A DNA stretch of 64,000 nt from Ignavibacteriota bacterium (GTDB taxonomy: Bacteria; Bacteroidota; Ignavibacteria; Palsa-1295): the NCBI GenBank assembly GCA_963794025.1, contig CAWCCK010000033.1:89836-153835 (forward strand), given 5' to 3'. Under the pieces are notes generated by a model. It was not told the DNA's origin. It did not search any database and saw nothing but the letters and a program-made list of their open reading frames with translations. A program made the position numbers and the translations under genes. Numbering within the stretch: position 1 is the first letter of the stretch; each line of letters starts with the position of its first letter. Positions 55,006 to 63,359 of this stretch are shown piece by piece.

Positions 55006-55140
55006 GCACCGACTTACGCGGCGCGAACCTACGCGGCGCGAACCTACGCGGCGCGAACCTACGCGGCGCGAACCTACGCGGCGCGAACCTACGCGGCGCG
55101 AACCTACGTGGCGCGAACCTACGTGGCACCGACCAGCGCC
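55006..55140. repeat. 15-bp tandem repeat (GCGCGAACCTACGCG), 7 full plus 2 degenerate units
   Basis: There are 5 perfect units at 55021-55095 and 2 units with a C>T change at 55096-55125, flanked by degenerate units gcaccgacttacgcg and gcaccgaccagcgcc. There are no spacers. Confidence 0.9.
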
Positions 55141-55167
55141 GATCCCCAAATTCTTAATTTTTAATTC

Positions 55168-57447
55168 TTACTTCTTAATTGACGTAGCCGGGCTATACAT
55201 TTTCTCTGCATATTCGCGCATCATGCGTTCCGAAGAAAAGCGCGGGAGGATGGTGGCAATAGATTCCTTCACCACGCGCAGCCAGTTATGCGGCACGCCA
55301 TCGAGCGTTTGGTCATAAAAGAGCGGGATGATCTCGCGCTCGAGCATATCGTACATGCGGTTGGCGTCGTATTTATCCTGATCTTCCTGCGGACCTTCGT
55401 TCCCGCCTTCAAAACCCCAACCATTACAATTAGGAATTACGAATGACGAATTACGAATGGAGGAATTAGGATCATTCGATGAATCTTGTGAATTATTGTC
55501 CTTTTCCTCATTCGTCATTCGTAATTCGTCATTCTTAATTCCTTCCATCCACCAACCATCAAGAACAGAAAAATTTGGGAGACCGTTAATGGCAGCTTTC
55601 ATACCGCTGGTTCCCGAAGCTTCGAGCGGGGCTTTGGGATTGTTCATCCAAAGGTCGCAGCCGCGCACGAGATATTTCGCGGAGTGCATTCCGTAATTTT
55701 CGATGAATGCAATGCGTCCGCCAAACGCAGGGTCGAGCGCGTGATGCCAGATTTCTTTGATAAGCTGCTTGCCGCCTTCATCCGCAGGATGCGCTTTGCC
55801 GCTAAAAATAATTTGCACGGGACGCACGGGATCGTTCACAATGCGTTTGATGCGATCGAGATCGTTAAAGATAAGCGTGGCGCGTTTGTAGGTAGCAAAA
55901 CGGCGCGCAAAACCAATGGTGAAAATACTGGGATCGAGCAGAACGCCTTCGGCGATAACGCTTTCGCCGGCCTGAGAAAAATCATGATCGCCGGTCAGCC
56001 ATTTTCTTCTTACGCGATCGGAAATAATGCTGAAGAGGCTTGCCTTCATGCGATGCCGCGTGTGCCACAGGGTTTCGTCCGGTATCTCGCGGACGCGTTC
56101 CCAATAGTGCTCATCATCGAGATGACTGGCCCAATCGGTTCCCAGTTCCTTCACGAACAGCGCTTCCATTTCCGGTGCCAGCCACGTGCGAACGTGAACG
56201 CCGTTTGTAACGGATGTCAATGATGAAGCATAAGGAGCGAGGGAGGAAGGTTTGTCTTTCTCTCCTTCATCCTTCATCCTTCCGCCTTCATCCTTGCCCA
56301 GATATTCCGGCCACATCGCGGCGGTTACTTCGCGGTGTTTTTTACTGACGGCATTGCGGTGCGCAGAGAGATTCATCGCAAGCGCGGTCATATTAAACAT
56401 TCCCTGATGTTCGCCGAGCGCGAAAAATTGCTCTTTGGTCATGCCGAGATCGGGCCAATAATGCCAGAAATATCGGGAAATAAGATCGATGTCGAATGAA
56501 TCGGTTCCCGCGGGAACCGGCGTGTGTGTGGTAAAGATAGAGGAATGGCGAACGAACTCTAATGCTTCATTGAGCGTCTTTCCGGCTTTGATGGCTTCGC
56601 GTAATCGTTCCACGAACAGGAACGCGACATGTCCCTCGTTCGCGTGATACACGTCCGGCTGAATGCCTAATGCGCGCAGAACGTGTATGCTTCCAATGCC
56701 AAGCGCGATCTCCTGACGCAAACGGTATTCGTGGTCGCCGCCATAGAGACGCATGGTGATGTCGCGGTTTTCGGGATCGTTCTGATCGATATTGGAATCC
56801 ATCAGATAAATTTTTACGCGCCCACACCGCACGAGCCATACTTGAAGATGTAGCAAGTCATCGGGCCGCTGCATGGGGATCGAAATAATGAGCGGTTCAC
56901 CGTTCGCATCTAAGGTGCGATCGATCGCGACATTCGCCATGTCGATCTCGGGGTAATCCGCAAGTTGTTCGCCATCAGGCGCAATGCGCTGCTGGAAATA
57001 TCCTCTCGGATACATAAAACCGAGTGCCGTGAAATTCAGGCCGATGTCGCTCGCGGTTTTTGCCTGATCGCCGGAAAGAATTCCCAATCCGCCGGAATAA
57101 ATTCTGAGGCTGCTATGCAATCCATACTCTGCTGAAAAATATGCGATGTTCGAGGTACAGACGTTCGCTTGCACCGTCGGATTTCCCGATACGTCGCACA
57201 CGGCACACAGCGCATCGTCGAACAGCACCAGCACGTCATCGTATTGTTTTAGAAAATCGGCGTCGGCAGCGAGGACGTCCATCCGGTCGGGCGTGACAAG
57301 GTTGAGCATCTTAACGGGATTATGATCCGTCGAGCGCCACAGTCGCACCGAGATCGATCGGAACAGCGCGCGTGATTCCGGCGACCAGCTCCACCACAGA
57401 TTATGCGCCAGTTCTTCAAGCCGAGAAATACGTTCTGGAAGTTGCAT
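55168..57447 (-). CDS. glgP: Alpha-glucan (glycogen/maltodextrin) phosphorylase, GT35, with two in-frame repeat insertions
   Basis: LWWSWSPE..., the PLP-lysine region EASGTSGMKAAINGLPNFSVLDGWW, and TNGVHVRTW. The inserts are KDEGGRMKDEGEKDKPSSLAPYASSL and NDELRMTNEEKDNNSQDSSNDPNSSIRNSSFVIPN. Confidence 0.85.
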   Translation of the reverse strand: MQLPERISRLEELAHNLWWSWSPESRALFRSISVRLWRSTDHNPVKMLNLVTPDRMDVLAADADFLKQYDDVLVLFDDALCAVCDVSGNPTVQANVCTSNIAYFSAEYGLHSSLRIYSGGLGILSGDQAKTASDIGLNFTALGFMYPRGYFQQRIAPDGEQLADYPEIDMANVAIDRTLDANGEPLIISIPMQRPDDLLHLQVWLVRCGRVKIYLMDSNIDQNDPENRDITMRLYGGDHEYRLRQEIALGIGSIHVLRALGIQPDVYHANEGHVAFLFVERLREAIKAGKTLNEALEFVRHSSIFTTHTPVPAGTDSFDIDLISRYFWHYWPDLGMTKEQFFALGEHQGMFNMTALAMNLSAHRNAVSKKHREVTAAMWPEYLGKDEGGRMKDEGEKDKPSSLAPYASSLTSVTNGVHVRTWLAPEMEALFVKELGTDWASHLDDEHYWERVREIPDETLWHTRHRMKASLFSIISDRVRRKWLTGDHDFSQAGESVIAEGVLLDPSIFTIGFARRFATYKRATLIFNDLDRIKRIVNDPVRPVQIIFSGKAHPADEGGKQLIKEIWHHALDPAFGGRIAFIENYGMHSAKYLVRGCDLWMNNPKAPLEASGTSGMKAAINGLPNFSVLDGWWMEGIKNDELRMTNEEKDNNSQDSSNDPNSSIRNSSFVIPNCNGWGFEGGNEGPQEDQDKYDANRMYDMLEREIIPLFYDQTLDGVPHNWLRVVKESIATILPRFSSERMMREYAEKMYSPATSIKK
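55433..55542. repeat. Heptamer-arm hairpin element in-frame in glgP
   Basis: ggaattacgaatgacgaattacgaatgg ... ctcattcgtcattcgtaattcgtcattcttaattcc. Confidence 0.8.
56222..56296. repeat. GGATGAA-type imperfect hairpin element in-frame in glgP
   Basis: gatgaagcataaggagcgagggaggaagg tttgtctttctct ccttcatccttcatccttccgccttcatcc. It is related to 39296-39345 in the prohead protease gene. Confidence 0.65.
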
Positions 57448-57450
57448 CTG

Positions 57451-57535
57451 AGAATTAAGAATTAAGAATTAAGAATTAAGAATTAAGAATTAAGAATTAA
57501 GAATTAAGAATGACGAATTAAGAGTAAGAATTAAC
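57451..57535. repeat. Tandem heptanucleotide array (AGAATTA x ~12) immediately upstream of glgP
   Basis: agaattaagaattaagaatta... starts 4 nt from the glgP start codon. Complementary runs are at 57724-57740 and at the glgP 3' end (55150-55180). Confidence 0.9.
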
Positions 57536-57540
57536 GAAAT

Positions 57541-57672
57541 TCTGATTAAATCTCAAGCATGGATTCCCGCCTTCGCGGGAATGACAGGATTGTGTCGTTT
57601 TGGGCGCTTCGCGCCATGATTCTTTATCCATGTCATCCCCGCGAACGCGGGGATCCAGACTTAATCAGAGAT
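57541..57672. repeat. Family-3 MITE-like palindromic element (GGATTCCCGC..GCGGGAATGACA / TGTCATCCCCGCGAACGCGGGGATCC)
   Basis: Inverted 26-nt arms at 57561-57586 and 57631-57656, each itself a hairpin. The outer inverted repeat is tctgattaa/ttaatcaga. The central hairpin is ggcgc ttc gcgcc. Confidence 0.75.
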
Positions 57673-57766
57673 TCCCTAAGAGTATAATTTGCGGAAAACA
57701 TGCCTAACACACGACGCATGACTCTCAATTCTTAATTCTATGTTAAGTGTAAGTCCGTTTCAGAAC

Positions 57767-57903
57767 GTCATTGCGAGAAGAGCATCAAGCAGCGACAGCC
57801 ACTTGATGCTCGACGAAGCAATCCCTCCAGATTCAGTTGAATCTCAGCGGATTGCTTCGTCGAATCGAACTCCCTCCGGTCATTCGATTCTCCTCGCAAT
57901 GAC
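57767..57903. repeat. Family-1 structured repeat
   Basis: Same outer stem, central hairpin and hairpin 3 as copy 6741. Hairpin 1 is replaced by gagcatcaag/cttgatgctc. Confidence 0.85.
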
Positions 57904-57983
57904 GTTAACTTCTTTTTTATGAATATCCAAAGAATCACTATCACCCGTTCCTCGTTACTCACTACTCGTTACTCATTCACTCT

Positions 57984-58772
57984 ATGGACTCTTTTCATTA
58001 TTCCACTCAAAACGGCATTGCTCGCGTAAAATTTGCGCGGCCTGAGACGCTGAACTCGCTTACGTTCAAAGTGTATCGCGATCTCACCGATCTTTTTTAT
58101 CGTATGCGAACGGACGATGCGGTGAAAGTCATCGTGCTCGAAGGCAACGGTCGCGGCTTCTGCTCCGGCGGCGATGTGCATGAAATTATCGGGGAACTAA
58201 TAAAACGCGACACCAAAGGGTTGTTGGAATTCACGCGCATGTCCGGCGAGCTAATTGTGAATATGCGTCAGCTTGAAAAACCGATCATCGCAGCCGTGAA
58301 TGGCATTGCCGCTGGAGCGGGAGCCGTCATCGCGCTTGCCAGCGATTTCCGCATTTTTGCGAAAGAAGCGAAGATCGCGTTCCTTTTTCAAAAAGTCGGG
58401 CTGACGGCTGCGGATATGGGCGCGGTATTTTTGCTGCCGAAAGTTATCGGCCTCGCCCGCGCAACGGAACTGCTGATGCTCGGCGATACCATCACATCCG
58501 AACAAGCAGAAAAAATTGGATTGGCAAATAAAGTAGTTCCTATTGCAGATTTAGAGAAAGAATCCCTCGCGCTTGCGGAGCGTCTTGCGAAGAGCGCAAG
58601 CCTCGCGCTTGGCCTTACCAAGCGGCTTTTGAATAACGAATGGAACATGGACATCGCATCCGCCATCGAGCAGGAAGCGACCGCGCAGGCGCTCATGATG
58701 CAAACCCGCGATCATCGGGAGTTCCACGCAGCCTTCGCAGATAAGCGGGAAGCGAAATTCGAGGGGAGATAA
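57984..58772 (+). CDS. Enoyl-CoA hydratase/isomerase (crotonase) family protein
   Basis: VIVLEGNGRGFCSGGDVHE... and AAVNGIAAGAGAVIALASDFR are crotonase-fold signatures. Confidence 0.8.
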   Translation: MDSFHYSTQNGIARVKFARPETLNSLTFKVYRDLTDLFYRMRTDDAVKVIVLEGNGRGFCSGGDVHEIIGELIKRDTKGLLEFTRMSGELIVNMRQLEKPIIAAVNGIAAGAGAVIALASDFRIFAKEAKIAFLFQKVGLTAADMGAVFLLPKVIGLARATELLMLGDTITSEQAEKIGLANKVVPIADLEKESLALAERLAKSASLALGLTKRLLNNEWNMDIASAIEQEATAQALMMQTRDHREFHAAFADKREAKFEGR

Positions 58773-58777
58773 ATTTT

Positions 58778-59035
58778 TTATAGTGGACTAATTTTACCGG
58801 GCTTTTGGCGATGGCTTGCTTCGTCCCAGGCTCGCAACAATTCGCTTTTATGGAGCGCAGCCCATTCCATGATAAATCCCAAAGCGCGAGGATGAACCTT
58901 CCCACGAATTACGGAAAGATCGTTGATGCGGATGAGAACTTCTTCGCCTGCATACTCCGCATGAAAATGCGGAGGAGCATGGTCATCGTAATACATATAA
59001 ACGACAACACCAAAAAAACGACTGACTTCTGGCAT
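58778..59035 (-). CDS. DUF4160 family protein
   Basis: MPEVSRFFGVVVYMYYDDHAPPHFHAEY is the hallmark N-terminus of DUF4160. Confidence 0.7.
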   Translation of the reverse strand: MPEVSRFFGVVVYMYYDDHAPPHFHAEYAGEEVLIRINDLSVIRGKVHPRALGFIMEWAALHKSELLRAWDEASHRQKPGKISPL

Positions 59036-59301
59036 TATACAGAGGCGAGTACTTGTTGAATCGGAATTCCCGTGGCGCGAGCGTAAAGAACGTAGGGGTC
59101 GAGATCAATTTCCCCAGGCCATTCGAGCGTACCCCGTTTGGAATCGATCGTTACGGAACGAAAAAATTCTGGATTGTTCCAGTTTTCGAACACTCCATCA
59201 CGCGTGATTTCTGAAAGATCGGCGATCCCTTCGACCCCGTTGCTGAAACGGAGTTGAAGCGCATAATCCTTAAGCGGTTTAACGAATGTCACGGTTAGCA
59301 T
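59035..59301 (-). CDS. DUF2442 family protein
   Basis: The pattern LQLRFSNGVEGIADLSE...WPGEIDLDPYVLY. Its stop overlaps the DUF4160 start by 1 nt, as is typical for the DUF2442/DUF4160 gene pair. Confidence 0.6.
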   Translation of the reverse strand: MLTVTFVKPLKDYALQLRFSNGVEGIADLSEITRDGVFENWNNPEFFRSVTIDSKRGTLEWPGEIDLDPYVLYARATGIPIQQVLASV

Positions 59302-59407
59302 AGCTATTAAAAAAGCACTTTTCGAAGCCCATTCGTTCCATTATAGAGAAGTAGGATGATTTTTTCGTATTTTTGTTGCATTGCATCACTTTTAATCATT
59401 ATATCTT

Positions 59408-59980
59408 ATGGAATACACAATGAGTCCTGTTGGTGCCACGCCCGTTACGATGGTGGAGAATGCGGCTGTTCGATACGCGGGTTTTTGGCGGCGGTTTATC
59501 GCCTTCGTTTTAGATTGGCTGATCCTCGGCGCAGTCATCAGCATTCCCATGTTCATTTTTGGCGTCGGGATGTGGTCCGAGACCTACACGACGCGCACCA
59601 CGCATGGATGGAACTATAACACCTACGCCGATCACAACGGATTCGCCGGTGGAATCATGAGCTTGTGGATGATCTATTTGGTCGTCGCATGGCTCTACCA
59701 TGCATTCATGGAAAGCTCGAAACAACAGGGCACGCTCGGCAAGATGGCGCTGGGCCTTCGCGTAACCGATCTCGATGGCCGGCGCATCAATTTTGGCCGC
59801 GCAACGGGACGTTATTTCGCAAAAATGCTTTCAACTATAATCTTCATGATCGGATTCATCATGGCTGCATTTACCTCGAAGAAACAAGCGCTGCACGATT
59901 TCATCGGCGGAACTCTTGTGCTTTCGAAGCAATCCACAGTTCCCACGCAAGTGGCGCAAAATGCGTTTTCGGGATCGTGA
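59408..59980 (+). CDS. RDD family membrane protein
   Basis: YAGFWRRFIAFVLDWLILG ... GRYFAKMLS ... KQALHDFIGGTLV, with 3 TM segments. Confidence 0.7.
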   Translation: MEYTMSPVGATPVTMVENAAVRYAGFWRRFIAFVLDWLILGAVISIPMFIFGVGMWSETYTTRTTHGWNYNTYADHNGFAGGIMSLWMIYLVVAWLYHAFMESSKQQGTLGKMALGLRVTDLDGRRINFGRATGRYFAKMLSTIIFMIGFIMAAFTSKKQALHDFIGGTLVLSKQSTVPTQVAQNAFSGS

Positions 59981-60378
59981 ATAAAATCATCAATCCAAAA
60001 ACACTCGCAGTGCCAACGGGTTATTCGCATGGTATCATGTCTGATGGCAAGCGGACGATCTATCTCGCCGGCCAGATCGCAATGGATCAGCAGGGCGCGG
60101 TCGTTCATGCGGGCGACATGGTGAAGCAATTCGATCAGGCGCTGAATAATTTGCAGGAAACGCTTCGTGCATCGAGCGCAGAAATGACGGATATTGTTAA
60201 GCTGCTCATTTTCGTGAAAGATAAGCAACTGTATCAAAAACATTTGAAGGAGATCGGCGTGGTGTATCGGAATTATTTCGGGAAGTATTTCCCGGCGATG
60301 TCGCTCGTGGAAGTATCAGCGCTCTTCGAGGACGATGCACTGATCGAGATCGAAGGGATTGCGGTGGCGAATGAGTAA
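59977..60378 (+). CDS. RidA/YjgF/L-PSP family protein
   Basis: The GTG start overlaps the RDD stop (GTGA). PTGYSHGIMSDGKRTIYLAGQIA...MTDIVKLLIFV...PAMSLVEVSALFEDDALIEIEGIAV. The upstream part of ORF 59665..60378 overlaps the RDD gene and is rejected. Confidence 0.75.
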   Translation: MNKIINPKTLAVPTGYSHGIMSDGKRTIYLAGQIAMDQQGAVVHAGDMVKQFDQALNNLQETLRASSAEMTDIVKLLIFVKDKQLYQKHLKEIGVVYRNYFGKYFPAMSLVEVSALFEDDALIEIEGIAVANE

Positions 60379-60491
60379 TTCGATAAAATACACGTCCCTC
60401 CCAGGGTCCATTTCATTCCACCCTGGGCTATTGACCGGTTTTTAGCCCAGGGTGCAGTGAAACGGAACCCTGGGTTTTGGGCGTAAGTAGT

Positions 60492-61683
60492 ATGGATTTT
60501 AGATTAACGGATCGGCAAACACATTGGCAAACCATCGCGCGAAATTTCGCGCAGCAGCGCGTTGCGCCCATTGCGCGGGAGATGGATGAATCCGGCGATA
60601 TGCCGCTTGCGCTCGTAGGCGAAATGGCTGCGCTCGGCCTGCTCGGTGGAACGATTCCCACATCGCTCGGTGGAAGCGAGATGGATCACGTTTCGCTCGC
60701 GCTGGTGTATGAAGAATTGGGTCGCGCGTGTTCCAGCGTGCGCGGATTTATGACGGTGCATTCTTCACTGGTCATGCAATGCATCTATCAATGGGGAACT
60801 CCAGAGCAAAAGGAAATTTATGTACCGGCAATGGCTCGCGGCGAAGCGATCGGTTGCTACGCGCTCACGGAACCCGAAGCCGGCAGTGATGCCGCAAGTA
60901 TTCAAACCACTGCGAGGAAAACCCAGGGTGGGTATCGATTGAACGGCAAAAAGATTTGGATCACGAATGGCAATATCGCGCGCGTCGCAATCGTCTTCGC
61001 AAAACTTGATTCCCTAACCGACAAAAAACCGCATGAGCAAATAACTGCATTTATTGTGCGACTGAATCACCCAGAGATCGAGCGAATGCGGATGCCGGGT
61101 CAGGAACTCGGTCACCGTGCCAGCGACCATGCAAGCATAGTGTTCCGGGATACATTAGTAAGTGAGGATCTCGTTCTTGGCGGCGAAGGGGTGGGATTTA
61201 AAGTGGCAATGTCCGCGCTCGATCATGGACGGCTGGGCGTTGCGGCAGGCGCGCTCGGTGTGCATCAGGCGTGCTCTGGATGCGTGCGTGAATTTTGCGA
61301 GGGAACGAAAACAATTCGGCAAGCGCATCGGAGATTTCGAAATGATACAAGCGACGATCGCGGAAATGAAAGCCACGCTCGATGCGTCGCGCTTGCTCGT
61401 CTATCGCGCAGCGTGGATGAAAGACCAACCACCCCCTGACCCCCGCCTTGGAAAGGCGGGGGGAAAACTTGAAACAAGCGTAGCGAAATACTTTGCCACG
61501 AACGCTGCATGTAAAGCCGCTTCGGATGCCGTACTATTACATGGCGGGCGCGGTTATTCGAATGAATATCCCGTCGAACGTTATTACCGCGACATCAAAG
61601 GTTTGCAGATCTACGAGGGAACCGAACACATTCAGAAGATCGTGATCGCGCGGGAAGTATTAAGCGAATCGGGATCACGCTGA
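60492..61683 (+). pseudogene. Acyl-CoA dehydrogenase with a +1 frameshift (or sequence error) at ~61275
   Basis: MDFRLTDRQ...YALTEPEAGSDAAS...GVAAGALGVHQAC is in one frame. LDACVNFARERKQFGKRIGDFEMIQ...YEGTEHIQKIVIARE is in the next frame, and the junction cag gcg tgc [t] ctg gat implies 1 extra nt. There is also an in-frame GC hairpin insert (PPPDPRLGKAGG). Confidence 0.75.
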
Positions 61684-63357
61684 TGATTTATAGGATTTGG
61701 ATTTTCTAAATGTAGGAACGAATATCCAACTAACGATCAGTAGAAATAAAGTACAAAGGCTTATCCATGAGCCTATGCTTGCTGCCGTCGATGTTTCCAA
61801 CCACAGAATAAGCCGATGTTTTCCTTCGGGAACTGTGAGCGTGAGTCTTCCGAGCGTATCCGGCGCAGTGACGGTTGGAGTTCCATCGATCGTAGCTTTC
61901 CAAGACGGCCAATACGAGCGGCGAAGTAACGCTTGTGATGGAGCGTGAGCAAAATATTCTATGGTATCGGAATACGGTTTGTGGATCGAAGCAATAAGAG
62001 CTACGCTATCCTGTGCAGGCCAAACGATAGTTTGGGAATCGTTCACAAATGGCGCCGATAGCGAATCACCCCACACATAATAGGGCTTGGCCCACCGGGT
62101 TGCATATTCCGGCGCTTCGCCGATCGGCAGCGGGCCATGCTTGTGAACGTGAACGTTCGCTAATTGAAGTCCAACGAGCACGATCGTACTCACTGACCAA
62201 AACATCACGATGATCGAAGCAATGGGAACTCGATTCGCTGCATCGTTCTTCTTCGTCTCTTCCGGCCATGCAATGGCGATAACGATAAGTAACAGGATCG
62301 AAAAACGCGACGCAAGCTGCACAATAGTGAACGGGGGAATATAACGATAAAGATATTGTGTAAGAAGCGGGAACTGCGCTGCAATGATAAAAACGACAAT
62401 CCAAAAGAGCGGTTGAATAGCGTTCCTGCTGCGAAACCATGCGATGAGCAACATGCACGCACCAACCAGCATGACGAACGTGTAACTATTGATCGTAATC
62501 GCCTGACCGGTAAAAATAGCAAGGAACGGCGAACTTTGAACAAGGGGAACTGGACGCCACAATCGTTCCAACTGCACATGGTTGAACATCGTTGCAACAG
62601 GCAGTACATAAAATGCCGTTAGCAATAGCGAAGCGATCGTTCCCACGAGAAGCCCTTGTAATCCTCTTTGTCGTCCTTGTCCTTTTTGAAAGATGACGTA
62701 GAGAAAAAGTCCCATTCCCGCGACGGCTGCTGCGGGCATGTTGGTAAGAATAAGAAGCGAGAGCGAAAGCACAAGGAGCACAACGCCACGGAAAACGCCT
62801 TGCGGTTTTCGATGTTGGAGGATAATATCCGTTCCCCAAAACACGAGCGGCACAAAGCAAAAGGCGATATGCTCCGGCAACGCGCCGCGTATCGAGTAAT
62901 TAAAAATACGATAGGGAGCGAACGCATAGAGAAGCGCAGCGAAAAGAATTCCCACATTAGATTTTGTCGAGAAGCGCCATCGAAGATAGAGCCACATACT
63001 CAACGCAGAGAACCCGAATGCAAGAATCCCAAGTATTTTTCCTATAATTTCCGGGCTTGCATTTGGAACTAAAAAATAAAGTGCGCTCGAAAGAAAAAAC
63101 GTAAACGGAGGATAATAATAAAACGATGGCGCGCCAAAGCGATGGAACGAATCCGGTAGCCAGCGCGGATAATAGATTCCCACTTGCCACATTCTATGCC
63201 ACTCGTCAATCCAAAAAATGTGGGAGAAGCTATCGTAACCGCTGAAAGGGAATGTGGCCCAATCGGTTAACTCGAAAATAATTGCAACGAAAAGCGCTAA
63301 GGCCGCAAATTTTTCAGCGGTTCTCAATCCTTTCCATTGTTGGCGGAAATGGCTCAA
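61675..63357 (-). CDS. Polytopic membrane protein, PTPS-related/YfhO-like (GT-C-like) family
   Basis: GYDSFSHIFWIDEWHRMWQVGIYYPRWLPDSFHRFGAPSFYYYPP and many TM segments. The ORF is open to 63543, but that part overlaps the upstream gene. The probable TTG start at 63357 lies directly after the upstream stop. Confidence 0.6.
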   Translation of the reverse strand: MSHFRQQWKGLRTAEKFAALALFVAIIFELTDWATFPFSGYDSFSHIFWIDEWHRMWQVGIYYPRWLPDSFHRFGAPSFYYYPPFTFFLSSALYFLVPNASPEIIGKILGILAFGFSALSMWLYLRWRFSTKSNVGILFAALLYAFAPYRIFNYSIRGALPEHIAFCFVPLVFWGTDIILQHRKPQGVFRGVVLLVLSLSLLILTNMPAAAVAGMGLFLYVIFQKGQGRQRGLQGLLVGTIASLLLTAFYVLPVATMFNHVQLERLWRPVPLVQSSPFLAIFTGQAITINSYTFVMLVGACMLLIAWFRSRNAIQPLFWIVVFIIAAQFPLLTQYLYRYIPPFTIVQLASRFSILLLIVIAIAWPEETKKNDAANRVPIASIIVMFWSVSTIVLVGLQLANVHVHKHGPLPIGEAPEYATRWAKPYYVWGDSLSAPFVNDSQTIVWPAQDSVALIASIHKPYSDTIEYFAHAPSQALLRRSYWPSWKATIDGTPTVTAPDTLGRLTLTVPEGKHRLILWLETSTAASIGSWISLCTLFLLIVSWIFVPTFRKSKSYKSSA

Positions 63358-63359
63358 CG

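Noticed and set aside
55006-55140. Possible CRISPR array, and ORFs 54862..55164, 54932..55318 and 54955..55149 encoding TYAAR/EPTRR repeats
   Set aside because: The 15-bp units are directly adjacent with no spacers, so this is a simple tandem repeat. The three overlapping ORFs in different frames and strands are artefacts of the periodicity.
59665-59976. N-terminal 104 aa of the 237-aa ORF containing RidA
   Set aside because: This part overlaps the well-supported RDD gene in another frame. RidA homology begins exactly at the GTG at 59977, which overlaps the RDD stop codon.
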